This document shows positions 1 to 13,500 of a stretch of 64,000 nt of DNA, one piece after another. The first letter of the stretch is position 1; each line of letters begins with the position of its first letter. Position numbers and translations under genes: made by a program. A model generated the notes under the pieces. It made no database searches. It worked only from the letters and a program-made list of their open reading frames with translations, and was not told where the DNA came from. The stretch comes from Perkinsus olseni (taxonomy: Eukaryota). Location of the stretch: the NCBI GenBank assembly GCA_013115125.1, contig JABANN010000011.1, forward strand, positions 1 to 64,000, read 5' to 3'.

Positions 1-156
1 CATGTAACGTGACTATATTCGCCAAGTTCCCGACTCCGTGTCGACATTTTCATTGTGAGATAAAAACGTGTTGCGATAATTTAAGGACGCGGGCGGTTGT
101 TAGAGCCAACGGAGCTCGAAATGGCAAGTACTAAGATACCGCACCTCCCGACTGTC

Positions 157-3100
157 TCACCTCTGGCCAGTTCTCGAAGAGCTCAAGGCGCTATGGCAAG
201 CGGTGTGGGGCAATTCAGCAGCATCAGTGGTCTGGAGCGGGAAGGTGTAGAACTTGGCCGAGAAATAGACCTTCTTGCTTCCCGGCCGCCGGGCACCCTC
301 GAGAGGTCTCCACCCTACGACAGCCAGGGTGATCTCGTCATTCGTGAGGTGATCATTCTCCTCGAGCTGCCAGTCCAGAGCAGCCAAGTCTTCCTGTTCG
401 GCCGTTGACGCGGTTATCAGCCCGGCCGCCACCGCGGACGCCTTGTCCGCGGGCGACATGTCCCGCGCTGGAGGTGGATCTGGTTGGCGCCCAGCTTGAG
501 TGCCGATCTCAAAGCCCGCAGAAGGACTCGCCGCGCCCGTACTAGCAGATGCCTTCACGGGGATGAGCTCAGGCTCAGCGGCCTCGGTGATGCATACATC
601 ATATTGGGTATTGGCATCTCTCAGTGAAGGGGAGCGTGCGTTGCGGTCGCCCTTCACCTCGCCTCTGCCAGGAGGGGTGGCGGGTGCCGTAGGAGAGACA
701 GCGGTTATCATAGGTTCTGGTTTCTCATCCAAATTCGGAATACTCGGTTGTTGGACGTCAGGGGCGTGGAGAGGTTCGGCCACGAGGGGGCCCGGCTGCT
801 CGATGGCTGGAACACGGGACGCCTCGGGTTGAGTCCGAGCCGGCTCTACGGGTGGAGTATTGCGAGCCTCGACGGGTGGAGCATGTGGTGGCTCCAGAGC
901 CGGAGCGAAGGGAGGGTCGGTAGTCCGCGGGGGTGATGGTGAAGTGCCATTGGGTACCGCTGACGGTGTGAAAGCAGGCGCCTCGAGAGATCTGGTCTCG
1001 AAGAGCATGGCCGGGGCTGGGACCTCTGGTCCTTCAACGGCCATGTCTCTTATAGGTTCCTGATAAGGATGGTTGGGAACGGGAGGAAGCAGAGCACGAG
1101 GCGTCTGTGTAACCACCGGTGCCTCGCGAGGTGACCTCATCGCAGGCAGAGGCTGGGCTGCGCTGAGAGGGGCCTGTTTCAGTCGTTCAACATGGAGTAC
1201 TTTCTGGCGCTCTCCAAGCCATGAAGCGTAGGCCTCGCCCGTCATAGCGAACTCGATAGAGAAATCGGTCCCAGTGGGAGATCCGGCCCACACTCGTCGG
1301 CCAGCAAGGGTCTCCCCGGGGCCCTTCATCAGTCGTGATCGGAGTAGCACACTATTATGGGGTTGGTTCAGGACTATGCACTCCGTGAGGGGGTCCAGCT
1401 GAGGCGGCAACAGGAGACACCAGGCGACACAAAGGGGCACGCTGCCGGATCCCTCCCCAGTGAGATGGTAGTGCAGCTCGACCACAAGCGCACAGCCATC
1501 GTCCAGGATCATATCGACGGTGTGGTTGACGGTACTCACCAGAACAGGATTGCCGCTGCTGTCTCCTTGCATATGGAACGTGCATTCCGGCGTTATCTGT
1601 TGGAGTCCGTTGTGGGCGTAGACGACCACAGTGCAGAGGTTCGACAGCTCCACCTTCTCATCGCGGTGACCTCCGAGCGGCTTGAACCGTTGAGAAAAGT
1701 CCTGGACGGCGAAACGAAGGGCATCTCGAAGTTCTGCAGTTGTATGGTGGCTGCCGAGATCAGCGGTGATGCGGCCGAGGAATACTTCGGCGCGGCGTAG
1801 ACCGGAAGACTGAAGACAGCCGACCGGGGTGTCCACCGCCGCAACATATCCAGACGGTAGCATTCTACGCATAATATTGGCCTGCGGGTCTTCCCCCGAG
1901 AGGGAACGGAAGGAGACTTCGAGCCGGCCTGCAGTCGCCAGCCCGACCAGACTCCCAGTTGGTGATTGGGTTGAGGCGAAGGCTCCGATTACTTCGCGCT
2001 TCATGAAAGGAAGAAGTCTCGGGCTTCCTTTGAGCAGCACCGCGCCGCCGCTCAGATCGTGACCAGCAGGGACTACTGACCACCCTGCTGACAATCTGTC
2101 GCCATCGGGGAGGGACAGAGCTAGTTCCAGGATAACCCCGACCTGAGGGTCGGTCGAAGAGGACCCAGTGTGGTACCAGAAGGAGCCGTCGATATTGAAG
2201 TCGTGGCCGGCGGGGGCATCGACTTTCGGGCTCACGGCTGTGCGACTGATGAGCAGCTGGCTCCGCAGGTGGAATAGGGTGACGTAAAGACGGTAGGACA
2301 CCACAACGCCCTCGGCCAGATGGTTCGATATGGGCGGGGCCGTCACACGACCAACGCCTGAGGGCAACACTCATGACCAACCTGATGATGAAAGATACTC
2401 ACTGATGCAGTAGAGGACCGTGGAGCTATGGCCTGTTATAGACTGGCTACCCCCCGGCTGCAGCACAGTAGGGCCTCCAGTCCTCGCCTCTGTGATAGCG
2501 GCAGCTTGTGGTCTAACTTGCCCCATTCGTTTCAGCCAATCACGGACCGGTCCCAGATTCATCGGCCCGAGCGGCGGCAACTCCCCTCGAGGGGTAGTAG
2601 CGATCTGTGCCTGAGGGCGTTGCAGACATTAAGTAGTGCCCTAGCGCGAGAGAGATGCGGCAACTTCAAGGGCTCACGGGAATGCTCTCGAACACTGGGA
2701 TGCTGGGGGCCGCCTGCTGAGGTAGGAGCCGGGGAGAAATGACGGCCTCTCTGCGTTCCGAGTCGTATGGTCCTGCGGATGATGTTCGGCCAGTGGATAC
2801 CTCCTGGATTGGCGGAAGTGACGGTACAGGACCCCCAACCAAGTCCAGCGGAGGCAATGGTATGTGTGGTCCACGGTCGGTGTCTGCTACTTTGTCGCGA
2901 GGGGCGCTATCATTAGCTACCGGCCCCGCAAGCTCCATCACGCTTGGAGGCTGGTCAGACCTCGACTCGTTCACAGACGGCGTGTTCTCATCCTCTTCAA
3001 CGTCCATCGGCCAAAGGTCTCTCACAAAACGTGGAGTGCCTTCAGCTTGGCCGTCATGCTCTTTGGGCGGGGAAACAATCCGCTCCTCCACCGCGCCTGG

Positions 3101-3508
3101 TTCAGAGTGCTGTAGCAAGGCGTCTACTGTGGGTACGGCTTCAGGCGAGGACTCCGCAGCAGTGAATGGGACGACGGTATCATCCGCTTCCGTGGCAATT
3201 GGCGTCAACAAATCTAGCTCTTGGTCGGACGCCGACATGATACGAGCATTGTGGAGGGGTAGGGGAGGTAACTAGCAGAGCACAGCTGAGCAGCACAGAG
3301 CCCAAGAACCCTACAAGTACAACCGCTGTAGTCCTACTTGCTTGTGCTGCGGACGATGCTCGACTTTTGCGTCGTTGCCAAGATTGAGGATATCATCAAT
3401 AGCCGCTTCAGCGCTCTCTGCTGGCTGCCTCGGGCTGTACCCGATCCCAGAGGGTGGTGTAAGAGCCTCCTCGAGTAGCCGGTCCAGCAGGTCGGTGGTG
3501 TCATCCAT
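157..3508 (-). CDS. NPHP4: Nephrocystin-4-like ciliary transition-zone protein, 5' part; gene continues off the left edge
   Basis: The 737-aa ORF has NPHP4-like motifs: YRLYVTLFH, SAGWSVVP..LLKGSPRLL, VYAHNGL, LVVELHY, a Pro-rich linker, then DWQLEENDHLTNDEITL..KKVYFSAKFYTFP. A GTGAG donor follows at ~159. ORFs 2371-2580, 2666-3238 and 3311-3508 are probable upstream exons (uncertain). Confidence 0.75.
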
Positions 3509-3721
3509 TGATCTAATTCTACAAAGTCCCCAGCAACACCCTCGATGGCAGGAGTGATTAATGGAACACGACGCCCCAGCAGGGGATGAGACTATATCAT
3601 TCGAAGGCTAATTCGAGGCTTCCGAGGATTTGAACGGTCGATCTCCTCCACTGAGACACGAACCTAACAAGTTCGGTAAGCAGGGTAGGTACGCCACATC
3701 CTAGACGGAAAGTGACTCGGC

Positions 3722-6700
3722 TCAGTCGTCCGGAGGTTGGGCATGATCCACATGGGCGGCAGGATCGGCACCATCCTTGCTTACGCGCTGATTGACGGTG
3801 AGGGAGTCCAGTGTTATCATCGGGAGGAGGTTGGAGACATGGAGAAGCCCCGTGACCGACTCCTCGCACTTTAGATGGACGAAGGCTCCAAAGGATACCA
3901 CATTTTGTATCGATCCCTCGAGGTTAGCTCCCACCTAGGAACGAATAGGTTCGCGGACGACGAGGGTCCGGCCATGAAAAAATCACACAAAGCACCGTGG
4001 CCTGGTGACTTTAGCAGACGACGAGATCTAACGCTAACGGATCGAGTGTTGATTGCCAAGATTGAGGATACCGGCAGGCTCAGGGCTGACTCGATATGCA
4101 GTCGAACTCCCGACTGTATCACAGCAGCGTGCTACGGCTCCTCAACAGGGAGCAGCAGTGAGCACGTCTGGTGTCAACGACCTGCGAAATCTCACCTCCA
4201 ACACCCCGTTATCACAGAGCGCCTTATAAGGAGGATACTCAATCTCCGGAGGTCTATACCGTTCGGGGTGCTCCAGGCGAACGTCCTTGCCAGCCTCAAC
4301 CAACTCAGTGAGGACCTCTGCTGATGTGGTCCTCGCCTACAACGCACACTCCGGACCACGACTACCCAGGTGCGCAGACCCACCTGCTCCGAGTCCTCAT
4401 CACAGGTCAAGTACTGCAGCAGTGAGTTTAAGTCTAAGTCCAGTACTGAAGTCTCAGTTTTTACCAGGGACCTCACCTTCTCCATGTGTGCTCATCAGTA
4501 GCTTCAACTGACGAGCGCGGTCGTAGGACTCAGGATGAATGCCAGTCGAATCCAGGGGCTCGGTACCGCCGTAAATCCGAACCTGAATAGGGTTCAGCTC
4601 CACTGGCAATTCTCAAAACGCCATATTCTGGAATCACAAAACACAGGGTGCTACTTTCGCTATGGACTGTAGCCTAAAGTGCTCCAAATTGTTTTGGGAT
4701 ACATACGGGACATAAGTTGAATTCGCCGCGACTACCGGGAGTTCCGGCCTGGTTTCAGAATATACAATACCGGAACAGAATCAGAACACAATCTGAACAC
4801 AACCTCAAGAAACCGTGGCAGTTTTCATGCCTACACACTGAGATACCGGCGAGCAAAAACACCTGTGCAGAACTTGCCAGATGCAATTGGAATATTCCAT
4901 TCCTCAGCCCAATACTCGCACCGTCCTCCTCCTCTGTGATGATTTCGTCTGTGCCAACCTCAGGGATAATCCGCTCCTTATGCTTCTTATTCGCTTTACG
5001 CCCAGAGTCCAACCGAATTCGAACAGCAACCCATATTTTTCTAGTACTCTCTTCGCCAACTCCCTTTCCTCGGTTCGTGCTTCCTCGCTGTCCTCGCCCG
5101 GCATCACGAGTTTGCCGGGCGACCTGCGATTCTTCAGAGCGACAACCACCTTACTACTCTTTCTGAATCATATGTGAAGCGGAGTCAGCAAAGTTGTAGA
5201 GAGAACCCGGCATGCGGAAGACTGTTTACGATTTCCGAGCATGTCAACTACTCAAAAATTAATAAAACTACCCTTCCGGTGCAAAACAGCACAGATGCAC
5301 TCTCGTATCGGCTCCGTCACGGAGCCTCCGTTTAACCGGGCCCAAGCGCAGGGGCTTCTTGATAGGGCTCTTATCACAGGAACATGCTCCGCACCCTCGG
5401 CGACGATGAACCGTCTTCGCGGATTATGCGCCGCTTAGAGGCTTCGGGAAACTTCTCGGGAGCACCCAGCTTAGCGGGGGGCTTCTCGAAAGACCGGAGT
5501 ATCTTGCTCAACGCCGACTAGGTGGCACCGTGGCATTCGGCGATTTCTTTCTGGCTGTACTTCCAGCGCTCTTCGCGTGTGAGAACCCCACTCATAGTCC
5601 TCATGAAAACCACATTCTCCGTTCGGAACGGATCGTTCCTCTACTGTTCGTGGAACGTCCCATACGAGTCAAGATGTGAAACAATAACTGTCAGAGGAGC
5701 CTTAGCTACGATACATACCCTTCATCATCAAGTATTACTTGATCGAATTGGATTACTTGACAAGTAATCCAATTCGATTTGGCGATTTTTCGCTCGCCCG
5801 TAGCTCAGTGTGTAGGCACGAGACCGTCACATTTTTTGAAGTTTTCTTCGGATTACGGTGCAGTATAATGTGCCCACGGCGAATTTAATGACTGTGGAAC
5901 TAGAATGCGAACTGCGCCCACCGCTTGCAAACGACAAAGCCTTTGCCTCGCTCTGAATAGCTCAATTCGAAAGTCGATGACGGTAATTAGAGGGCCATGA
6001 ATGAAGCGAGGGGAGCAGTCAACGCTATCCCGGACTGAAGGTCCCAGCTCACCTACAAATCCCGCAGCTTGTTGGAACACAATTGCTCCTATTCCCTTCA
6101 CTTTCTTCAGCGCCTCACGGCACTTGAATCTGCCATTAGCCACTCGATACTCTACTATGCGTGTGGCCGTCGCCGCGTTCAGCCCGGCTACGTATCTGTG
6201 GCCATGCAGTTCACGCCCGATAGAAGATAGGGTCACTACTTTAACAACGGAACACTGGCCGTGTTGAGGTCGACTCCAACCTGGCACACACACCACTGAA
6301 CCGACTGGGCCAAGGCTGAGTCTAGCCGCTTGGGAGGCATGTCATGTTGGAAGAGGCCGACACCCTGATCAATCCGTACATCATAACTCTGTACGTGGTG
6401 CCTGCCATCTTACGATGTTCTTGGGATCCAGTTTGACATACTCAGCGATGGGGTCCAAAACTCGTCTGGCGATCGACACCGCTCCTCTGAAGGATATGTC
6501 CATCCCAGGAAGCTCCGCTGTGGCCACCTGACTGGACTGCATGGTCCATGCATGGCCCGATGGAGATAGCCCACCGCTCCGGCTGAGTAGACGCTTGCAC
6601 CACACTCGTCCACTACACAAATGCCCGCTCTCAGCTGAGGGTCTAGAACCTTCCGAATCGCCCCTACCGCCTCGTGAGATCCCTAACCTCGAAAGCGGCT

Positions 6701-8603
6701 CAGCAGCGTAATCAAAAGCAATACGCTCCCACTTGGCCATCTCCGACCACAACCAGACGGCCTCCCCACTGAGAGACTTTATTCGCCAATTCCTCCGGGC
6801 CCGGAACTCCCGTCTCTGAAATTCGACCAGATGTACCTCGCCTCCGAGCAGTTGCTCTCACTAGGATGAGTCCAAAACTTGAAAGTGTCCACAACATCTC
6901 CAGTAGCCGTGACCACTACACATTTATTTCCATGCGCATATCCAGGATCCACGCCTACTACTGCCGTGCTCGCCTCGACCCTCAGTGGCGGGCACATCAA
7001 CTTGACGCTGACATTGTCCGTGAAGGTCTTGATAGCAAAGTCCTCGGAAGGGACCGTCAACCGCTCTGATCGGAACTCTCGAGCGAGCGACTTCTCGACT
7101 GTGTCGACTGCCTTCCTAATCGCAGCCGGGATGGACTTGGCACACAGGCATATGGCGTGACCATGACCGAGGTAACGTCCCACAAGGCTATCATATAGCT
7201 GGTTAGTATCCGCGAAGGCTATCTTCACGCGGAGTTTCTTGGCAGCCTCCCCTCGTTTGATAGCCAACCACTCGTGAGGCTTCACTTTGTCCAGCCTTCG
7301 CTTGAAACCGCTGTAACGAGAGTATCTTCGGGCACAGGGCTACACGCATGACGAAGAGGACAAGGCAACAGCGACTGAGGGGCAGGTATAGACTTACTCA
7401 TGACTTTGCTGAGGGGCCTTGCTTCCCCCTTTGGGTGGCTTTTTAGCCGCAGCGGTGGTCTCAACGACAGCCTCCACTTCCAAGCGGGCCCGACTTTCCA
7501 GCACTGTGCGGCATGTGCATCTCACGTCTTGATCGTGAGCTGAATAGCAAAATCAACTTCACTCCATCGGATGGAGTCCATCCACCAGGTGGGGCCGATC
7601 AATCCGACCAGAAGCCGCAGAGCGATCCAGCTCAACGGAAGAACGACCAGCGTTAGCAGCAATGAGCTCTCGGAAACCTCTGGGCCGACCTACCCAGCCT
7701 GTAGCTCACAATAGCAACCACTGCTGCTTCAACTTGCGCCTCTCCATCAGACGTCTCGATCTAGAAGATCAGCAAATATATGACCCTGTACAATGACATT
7801 CCCTCCTGTACAAGCACCTCAGCTCGCTGCAGGAGCCGCTGCACGTCCATGCGGCACTCCGAGCACGCTTCACGGGCAGTTCTCAAGAGTAAGTCGGCTG
7901 CGGCCCCGAATCCTGCCAAAGAATCGACTATATTCCTCCAACCCCAGCTCGATCCCTCACCAGCATCTATTGCAGCTTGGGCCTTAGTCTTCCGTTTCGT
8001 CTGAGGGGCTCTGCTAGCCATGATGTCGGCGATATCCTCAGCACGGCAATCACTCGAGCACAGGTATCGAAGCGTCGGCTCGTCTAGAGCCTGCCTCGCG
8101 GCCAGCGACCTGCACATCCGCACTTAAGAGCGCTCCAACGACCAGCTCTTACTTGACGCATTTCAGCCTCTTCTCCTCAACGGCCCTCGCCCTGTCGAGT
8201 TGCTTGTGGACTCTGAGGATATCCTCTTCGGGAAGGCCAACATACCCTCGCCTGTATCGGGCTACGAACGGCAGTGTGCATTCCTCCGACTCGAACAGCT
8301 TGACCGCACGGCCAACCTAACAGCAGCCACCATAATAGGATCCGAACAGTTTTTCACAGGATACTTCCCTAAGTGAAGAGGACTTATCAGCAACGCGCCC
8401 TTTCATACCTCAGCTACGCGCGGCATTAAACCCAGCTCCCTGCTACAGGACTGACTCAAACGTTGCAGTCGGCCCTCTTCGACGGCTTCTACTGGGTCGG
8501 TCTGAGGAGCGGGAGCATATCACAGACAGGGTGGTCCCGAGTAAAGGCTACCGCGGTTGGGGAGGCCCCTAAACTTGAGCATGCCCGCTCTTTTTCGTCG
8601 CAT
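3722..8603 (-). CDS. SRBD1: Tex-family / S1 RNA-binding domain protein (SRBD1-like), multi-exon
   Basis: Tex_N ([11 protein letters not shown]); [11 protein letters not shown]; YqgF/RNase H-like ([13 protein letters not shown]); [24 protein letters not shown]; HhH ([49 protein letters not shown]); C-terminal S1 ([23 protein letters not shown]). Start codon approximate. Confidence 0.9.
5395..5595 (-). pseudogene. Tc1/mariner-like transposase N-terminal HTH remnant
   Basis: Manual translation [59 protein letters not shown] resembles the Tc1 pattern SQREIA..G.S.STVSKIL...GRPRK.....RRIIR. One in-frame TAG; no DDE domain seen. Confidence 0.6.
5727..5778. repeat. Two overlapping perfect inverted repeats (8 bp and 18 bp arms, 1-nt spacers)
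   Basis: ATCAAGTA-T-TACTTGAT (5727-5743) and ATCGAATTGGATTACTTG-A-CAAGTAATCCAATTCGAT (5742-5778). Confidence 0.95.
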
Positions 8604-9314
8604 GGAAATCGCTGGCTTTTCCCACCCTCTATCAAGCGAGGCTTCTTGGCTAGACGACCACCAACCCGGTGTCCAAATTGCCTTTTCATACTACTGTCGC
8701 AACAACAAGAAACGAACCAGAGCGGGGAGGGTATTCGGTCCCAACAGCAGACCCGATCAGAACTTTTTGCCCACCGAATTCAACGCATGACCTATCGCAT
8801 CCCTCACTGAAGGCCCTACGATACGTGAATGGAGACGGCCTTCTGCTCCACCGTGATCCGAGCACTGTGATACTCGACAGCAGTGCTTCACAAGCCGCTG
8901 CAAAGGTCATGTGAATTGTCTCTCTCAGGCGAGCGAGCTACCTGCACCCCGCCACCACCACCCCTGCCAGGGTGGCCGACGTAATTTAGAACTATCAAGC
9001 TTCTGCGGCTGAGTCGCTGGGTTCGAAGGTTTTGACGGTGCTTTTTTTCAATTCCAAAATCCGTGTGGGGTCTATCGTTCTCTACAAACAGCCTCCAGAG
9101 GAAGCGTGCGTAGAGAAAACTGGTGTCTACTGTGCTGCACCACCGTGTGGGGCTGCAGCCCTCCATTAATCATCCAGCAGAAGGACAACCGGCAGCTCGA
9201 TTGAGCAACACCGCACCAGCCATAGTAACGTGGAGACCGCTCGAGAGGCGAAGGAAAATGTGCAAACAGTGATGAAAGTGAATAAGGGCTGCTCTTGTGA
9301 TATCACTGCCTCTC

Positions 9315-10300
9315 TCAGCGCCGTCTAACGCGCTTCTTTTGGCGCCGAGGGACCGATGCTCCACCGCGGCCACTCCCGACGGCTGTAGCCATCTTCACTT
9401 CGTCAACGACGTCGTCTACTGCGACGCCCATGTCTTCCTCGTCCTCCTTCATGGCCTCGTCAATGCCTCCGTCCATTTGCGGTGATCGCTTGACCGCTCG
9501 GGCGTACGGCTGCAGGGACTGAATCAGACAGGACGCTGTTGAATTCAAAACAGGCGGCCTCTTACTATGACGAGGTTCTCTGCAATCATGACGATCCTCG
9601 CTGTGCAGCCCACTATTGTGAGGCCGAAAGGGAGCCAGTGGCCCATGGAGAGAAGTTCCCGCATTGGGGCTGCTGCTGCGAGGGCGTCCTGGGCGAGGGA
9701 CTCCAGGGACGCGATCACCCTCCGGGCGTACAGGCCGCTGAAATGAGAAGGACTGTGAAGATCACAGCATCTCCAATCCCTCTATGACGAACAAGCCTCA
9801 CAACAGGCGAAGGAGAGATGGATAGGCGAGAGCAGCCGCATACCCTGCATCCGCTGCGGTTTCTGCTGCCTGTGCCCGCTCGAGTACGGCTGGCCAACTC
9901 GATATAGTGTTGCTGTCACCCGAGCCGGAGGTATCGATAAGGGCATCCAAATTCCGCTGCAGCTTACGGAGGGCTCCAAAGTAGGGGAGCCTGAGGATAA
10001 CCACTGGGAAACCCGTCGCGAACGTTCATCGAAGCCTTCCCCCAACCCTCTCCAATCAACGGCTTCCAGGGGATAGAATTCCCTCTTCACAAGCCGATAC
10101 GAAATCTACTCATGCGTGGCGGTCACGAGCCACGGACAAAGCGGTAGTAAGCGGTGAACCAAGTATAAGCGGAAAAACCATCAGGACGGAGGCGAACCCG
10201 ACACTCAGCTAGCGAGAACGCGGTTATGCGAGCAGGGAAAATCACCTACCTCCCATGTGCGTTGTTCATCTTGTAAATCAGACTCGCTAAAACGTTTCGC
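9315..10300 (-). CDS. Hypothetical multi-exon protein
   Basis: Coding-like minus-strand segments separated by GT-AG motifs, with an acidic/basic C-terminus (EDEEDMG...RRQKKRVRRR). No family recognised. Confidence 0.3.
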
Positions 10301-10504
10301 TCACAAAAGAGCTGGTCAATCGAGAATTGAGGGTTTACGCCGCCCGGGCTACCTCCGCCGTTGGTGACAGCCATAACAGTTCTACTGAATCCTACCACAG
10401 GATGTGAGCCCTATCCGGTAGATTGGTGAACACAAGACTGTCTCCTGTGCTCAGGGACACTGAATAGTAAAGCCCATGTATGCCGCTTCAATTTCTCTTA
10501 ATTT

Positions 10505-13500
10505 TCAATATCCACGCTCCCACAGCCGCACCGCCGTCTCCCAATCAACCGCTCCGAGGTCAGCGGCTTTCCCCGATATCAGCGCGCGAGCTTTTCCTCT
10601 GGAAAATGTGGGTGGTTCTGTGTGGTCTCCTCGACCATTGCTGCCGGCCGAGGGCAGTTCGGGAGAATTCCCCACGACCACGTCCACCGTGGGTGTAATC
10701 GGGAAGAGCGGTGCTGTACGGTGAAGTGTCGCGGCCATGCTAAAACAGAAAAGGTCTGTCTCGTCACACATCGAGGTGCATCAGCGATCGTCGTGTGCGA
10801 GGGAAACCTGCCTAGACGCCTACAGTCGGACCGAAGACTCTAACGGTGTGGAGCAAGGCAATCCTGCAATCCCTGAGTGGGCGCCAAGAAGTGGTTAGTC
10901 TACCACGAAGCGCCACTAGTGCGTGCGCTTCAGTAAGACGGTGGTGATTGCCCTTCTCTACCTAGTCTGATTGAGTCTTGCAGCGAATCGCTGTAGCCTC
11001 TCAGCAGTCGGCACAGACTGGGACATCAGCTTGCGCGACAACATGATCTGATCAACGCGCTCATAGCCCTGCTGTCTTGTCGCAATAGCGGCTCACAAAG
11101 GACAGAGTGAAGGCCTCGGCCGACAGCGTCAGAGCCGAGCTGTACTGCTCCTTGTGGTTCACAGACGCATTGTGAGCCCTGCTCCCGCTACGGTGCTCTG
11201 GGTGGCCGATCTCGTGGCTGAAGCAACCAACACTGGACACCTTCACTCCACTCGAAGGCTTCTCACCTCGCGTCATAGAAGATCCTTTGGAGCGGAAGTC
11301 TGCTGCAGCCCCGTACGTCCTCACGAGCATTCGAGGAGATCTCGAAGTCCTTGCAAAACCTCATGAACCTCTCGAGCGACATTCCCTCCACCTGAGGGCG
11401 TCGGAGGAGTTACGATTTCGGGAAGTAATGGCACTGCCGGCCAGAAACGACGCGCTCACCCCAGCGTAGTGATTGAAAATGGCTCGGATGCCGGGGTGCA
11501 GGTACGCCAGTGTCTTGCTGAGCCCCGAGTGAGGATCTTGCAGGTCAGCGAGGCACTCATGGACTAGCTCCCCATCGGCCCCGCAAGGAGACCCCAAAAC
11601 CTGCCGGGGCGAGTAAGAATGATAGCTAGTGGCAACTTGAACCAGGTGCGACCGGACGAATCGCGCGGGCAATCGGTTGGCCTACTCGTAAATGGATACC
11701 TGTGGCGCACGGCCCCACAAACCTCAACGACCTAAAAACCTTGCGAATAGTTCGAGTACAACTATCACCGACCGTACGGCTGCGAAGTCGCTCAACACTA
11801 CGAGGATGCATGAGAAGGAGCCCACCTGCAGCAGAGGCCCGATCCTCTCCATCGTCAGCTTCCTAAGCACCTCGACGTCCGTCACGCCAGCTCCCACCTG
11901 GTGGCCGTAGAATGCCCGGGCAACCTGGAAGATACCATCGCCACAGAGAAGTAGGCATGGTCGCTTGTCACCCGCACAAGCGCTCGTTGGAAGCCGTCAC
12001 GATCGAGGTAGTGGCGGTGCTTCGCCGAGCTCCGCTCCTTAGCGCGCTCTGTGCTTCGCAGAAATATCAAATCCGCTGCCACCGAGTTGAGATGCATGGT
12101 GGCGGATGGACCATGGTGGCCTGACATGCTCCGGCTACTCCTCCCTACTGGCCACCATGCAACTTACCCGCATCCGTTGCCTCGGCGCTTGGGGCTTTCA
12201 TCAACCCAGCGTCTCGCAAGAAACGATGAAACTGCAACACACAAGAGGATTCGACCTCTCTTCATCTGCCACATCTCGAACGATAATTCTTGAGTTATTT
12301 TCTCTCGTGCATGAATCAACCTTAGATTCTCTCTACCAGCACCTGACCAGTGGATTCTCTTCATCCCGTATAGCACCTTAGCCGTTCCCAGCTGCGTTCG
12401 ATTCAGTGGGTTCCCGAGCATCACGTAGTAGGAGAACACCGAGGTGATGAGGTCATCGTCCTCCTCGGGCAGCTCGATATCGGTCGAGACGTCGCTGCAT
12501 CCACCATCGCCCACGGCAACCGAATCGCTCCGCAGGGCTCGAGACACCATCCTGACTGGGAGGATAACCCAACACCTTCTAGAAAGGCTCACCTAGCCGC
12601 GGGGCGCGGCGGCCGTGTGAGCTTCAGTGAGTCCCGATCGAAATCAGCCTGTAAGAGCCGCAGGGGCTGGGATGACGCTCTTGCTATCATGGGAAGGGCG
12701 GCAAATCTTACACGTCCCTGAAAGACGACGGTGACCTCTAAGATACCACTCCGCACGCGCAAGAAAGATTTCGCCATCCCTATGCACCTACCCTAGACTG
12801 GTCCATCCTATCCAGCAGCCTGACAAGGCGGGAAGCATCCGTCTGTGTAGAGGCCGGGACCCCTGAGACTACGTCCAGATCGACGAAGAGAGCTCTTGCC
12901 GTCTGAGATAAATCTCGTACCACCAGGATCTGCAACGATAGTCTCACTCGCAACAGCGCTGCCTCGAAGTGAGTGTAGGTGAAATAGCGCCCGCCCAGTC
13001 CGGCCCTCTTCTCGGCAGCTTCGGCGATCTTCTCGTCCTTCATAACGCAGCGGAAGACTTGAAAAATTTGCGGCTTCGGCAGGATCACGGGGCAGAGCTC
13101 GAAGTCTGAAAAAACAAGCACTGTATTCCCCTTAAGGCAGACTCTGCCTGGCAGAGAGCCTATCTGAGAGAGGTCGCGATTCGAGCGGGGTTTGAGATGC
13201 GGAATCAATAGATTCGTGAAGCATTCTGACCTACAGTCAGGTCGTCATGCTTAGGACTGGGACGAGACGGAGCCTCTGCGTGGTGCAGACGAGAGAGGCT
13301 AACTTCGAAGCCAAGACGGTATGCAGTAGCCAAAGGTGAGATGGTAATAGACGGATACTCTGAAGCCTAGCTAAGCCCATGGGTCGGTCGAGATGACGAC
13401 GCGGGAGCTCAGTGACGGCTACGGAATGCCAATGAAGCTCCACGATGCTCCTTCCCTCATCACTACCTATGAAGATCTGACACAGCTGCTTCTGTGAGTA

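Larger units (their letters stand above)
4591..5952. mobile_element. Degenerate ~1.36-kb insertion inside a Tex intron (4583-6056)
   Basis: CTGAATAG direct repeat at 4583-4590 and 5953-5960. Removing the insert plus one repeat leaves a 104-nt GT-AG intron. The insert is more AT-rich than the exons and carries a transposase-like HTH remnant. Confidence 0.6.

Noticed and set aside
4565..4581. Apparent inverted similarity to 5848-5866 as a Tc1 terminal inverted repeat
   Set aside because: The left copy lies in the conserved Tex exon (VRIYGGT) and needs gaps to align; likely coincidence.
5795..5837. tRNA-like 5' end GCCCGTAGCTCAGTGTGTAG followed by T6
   Set aside because: A-box-like only; no B-box or cloverleaf, so too short to call.
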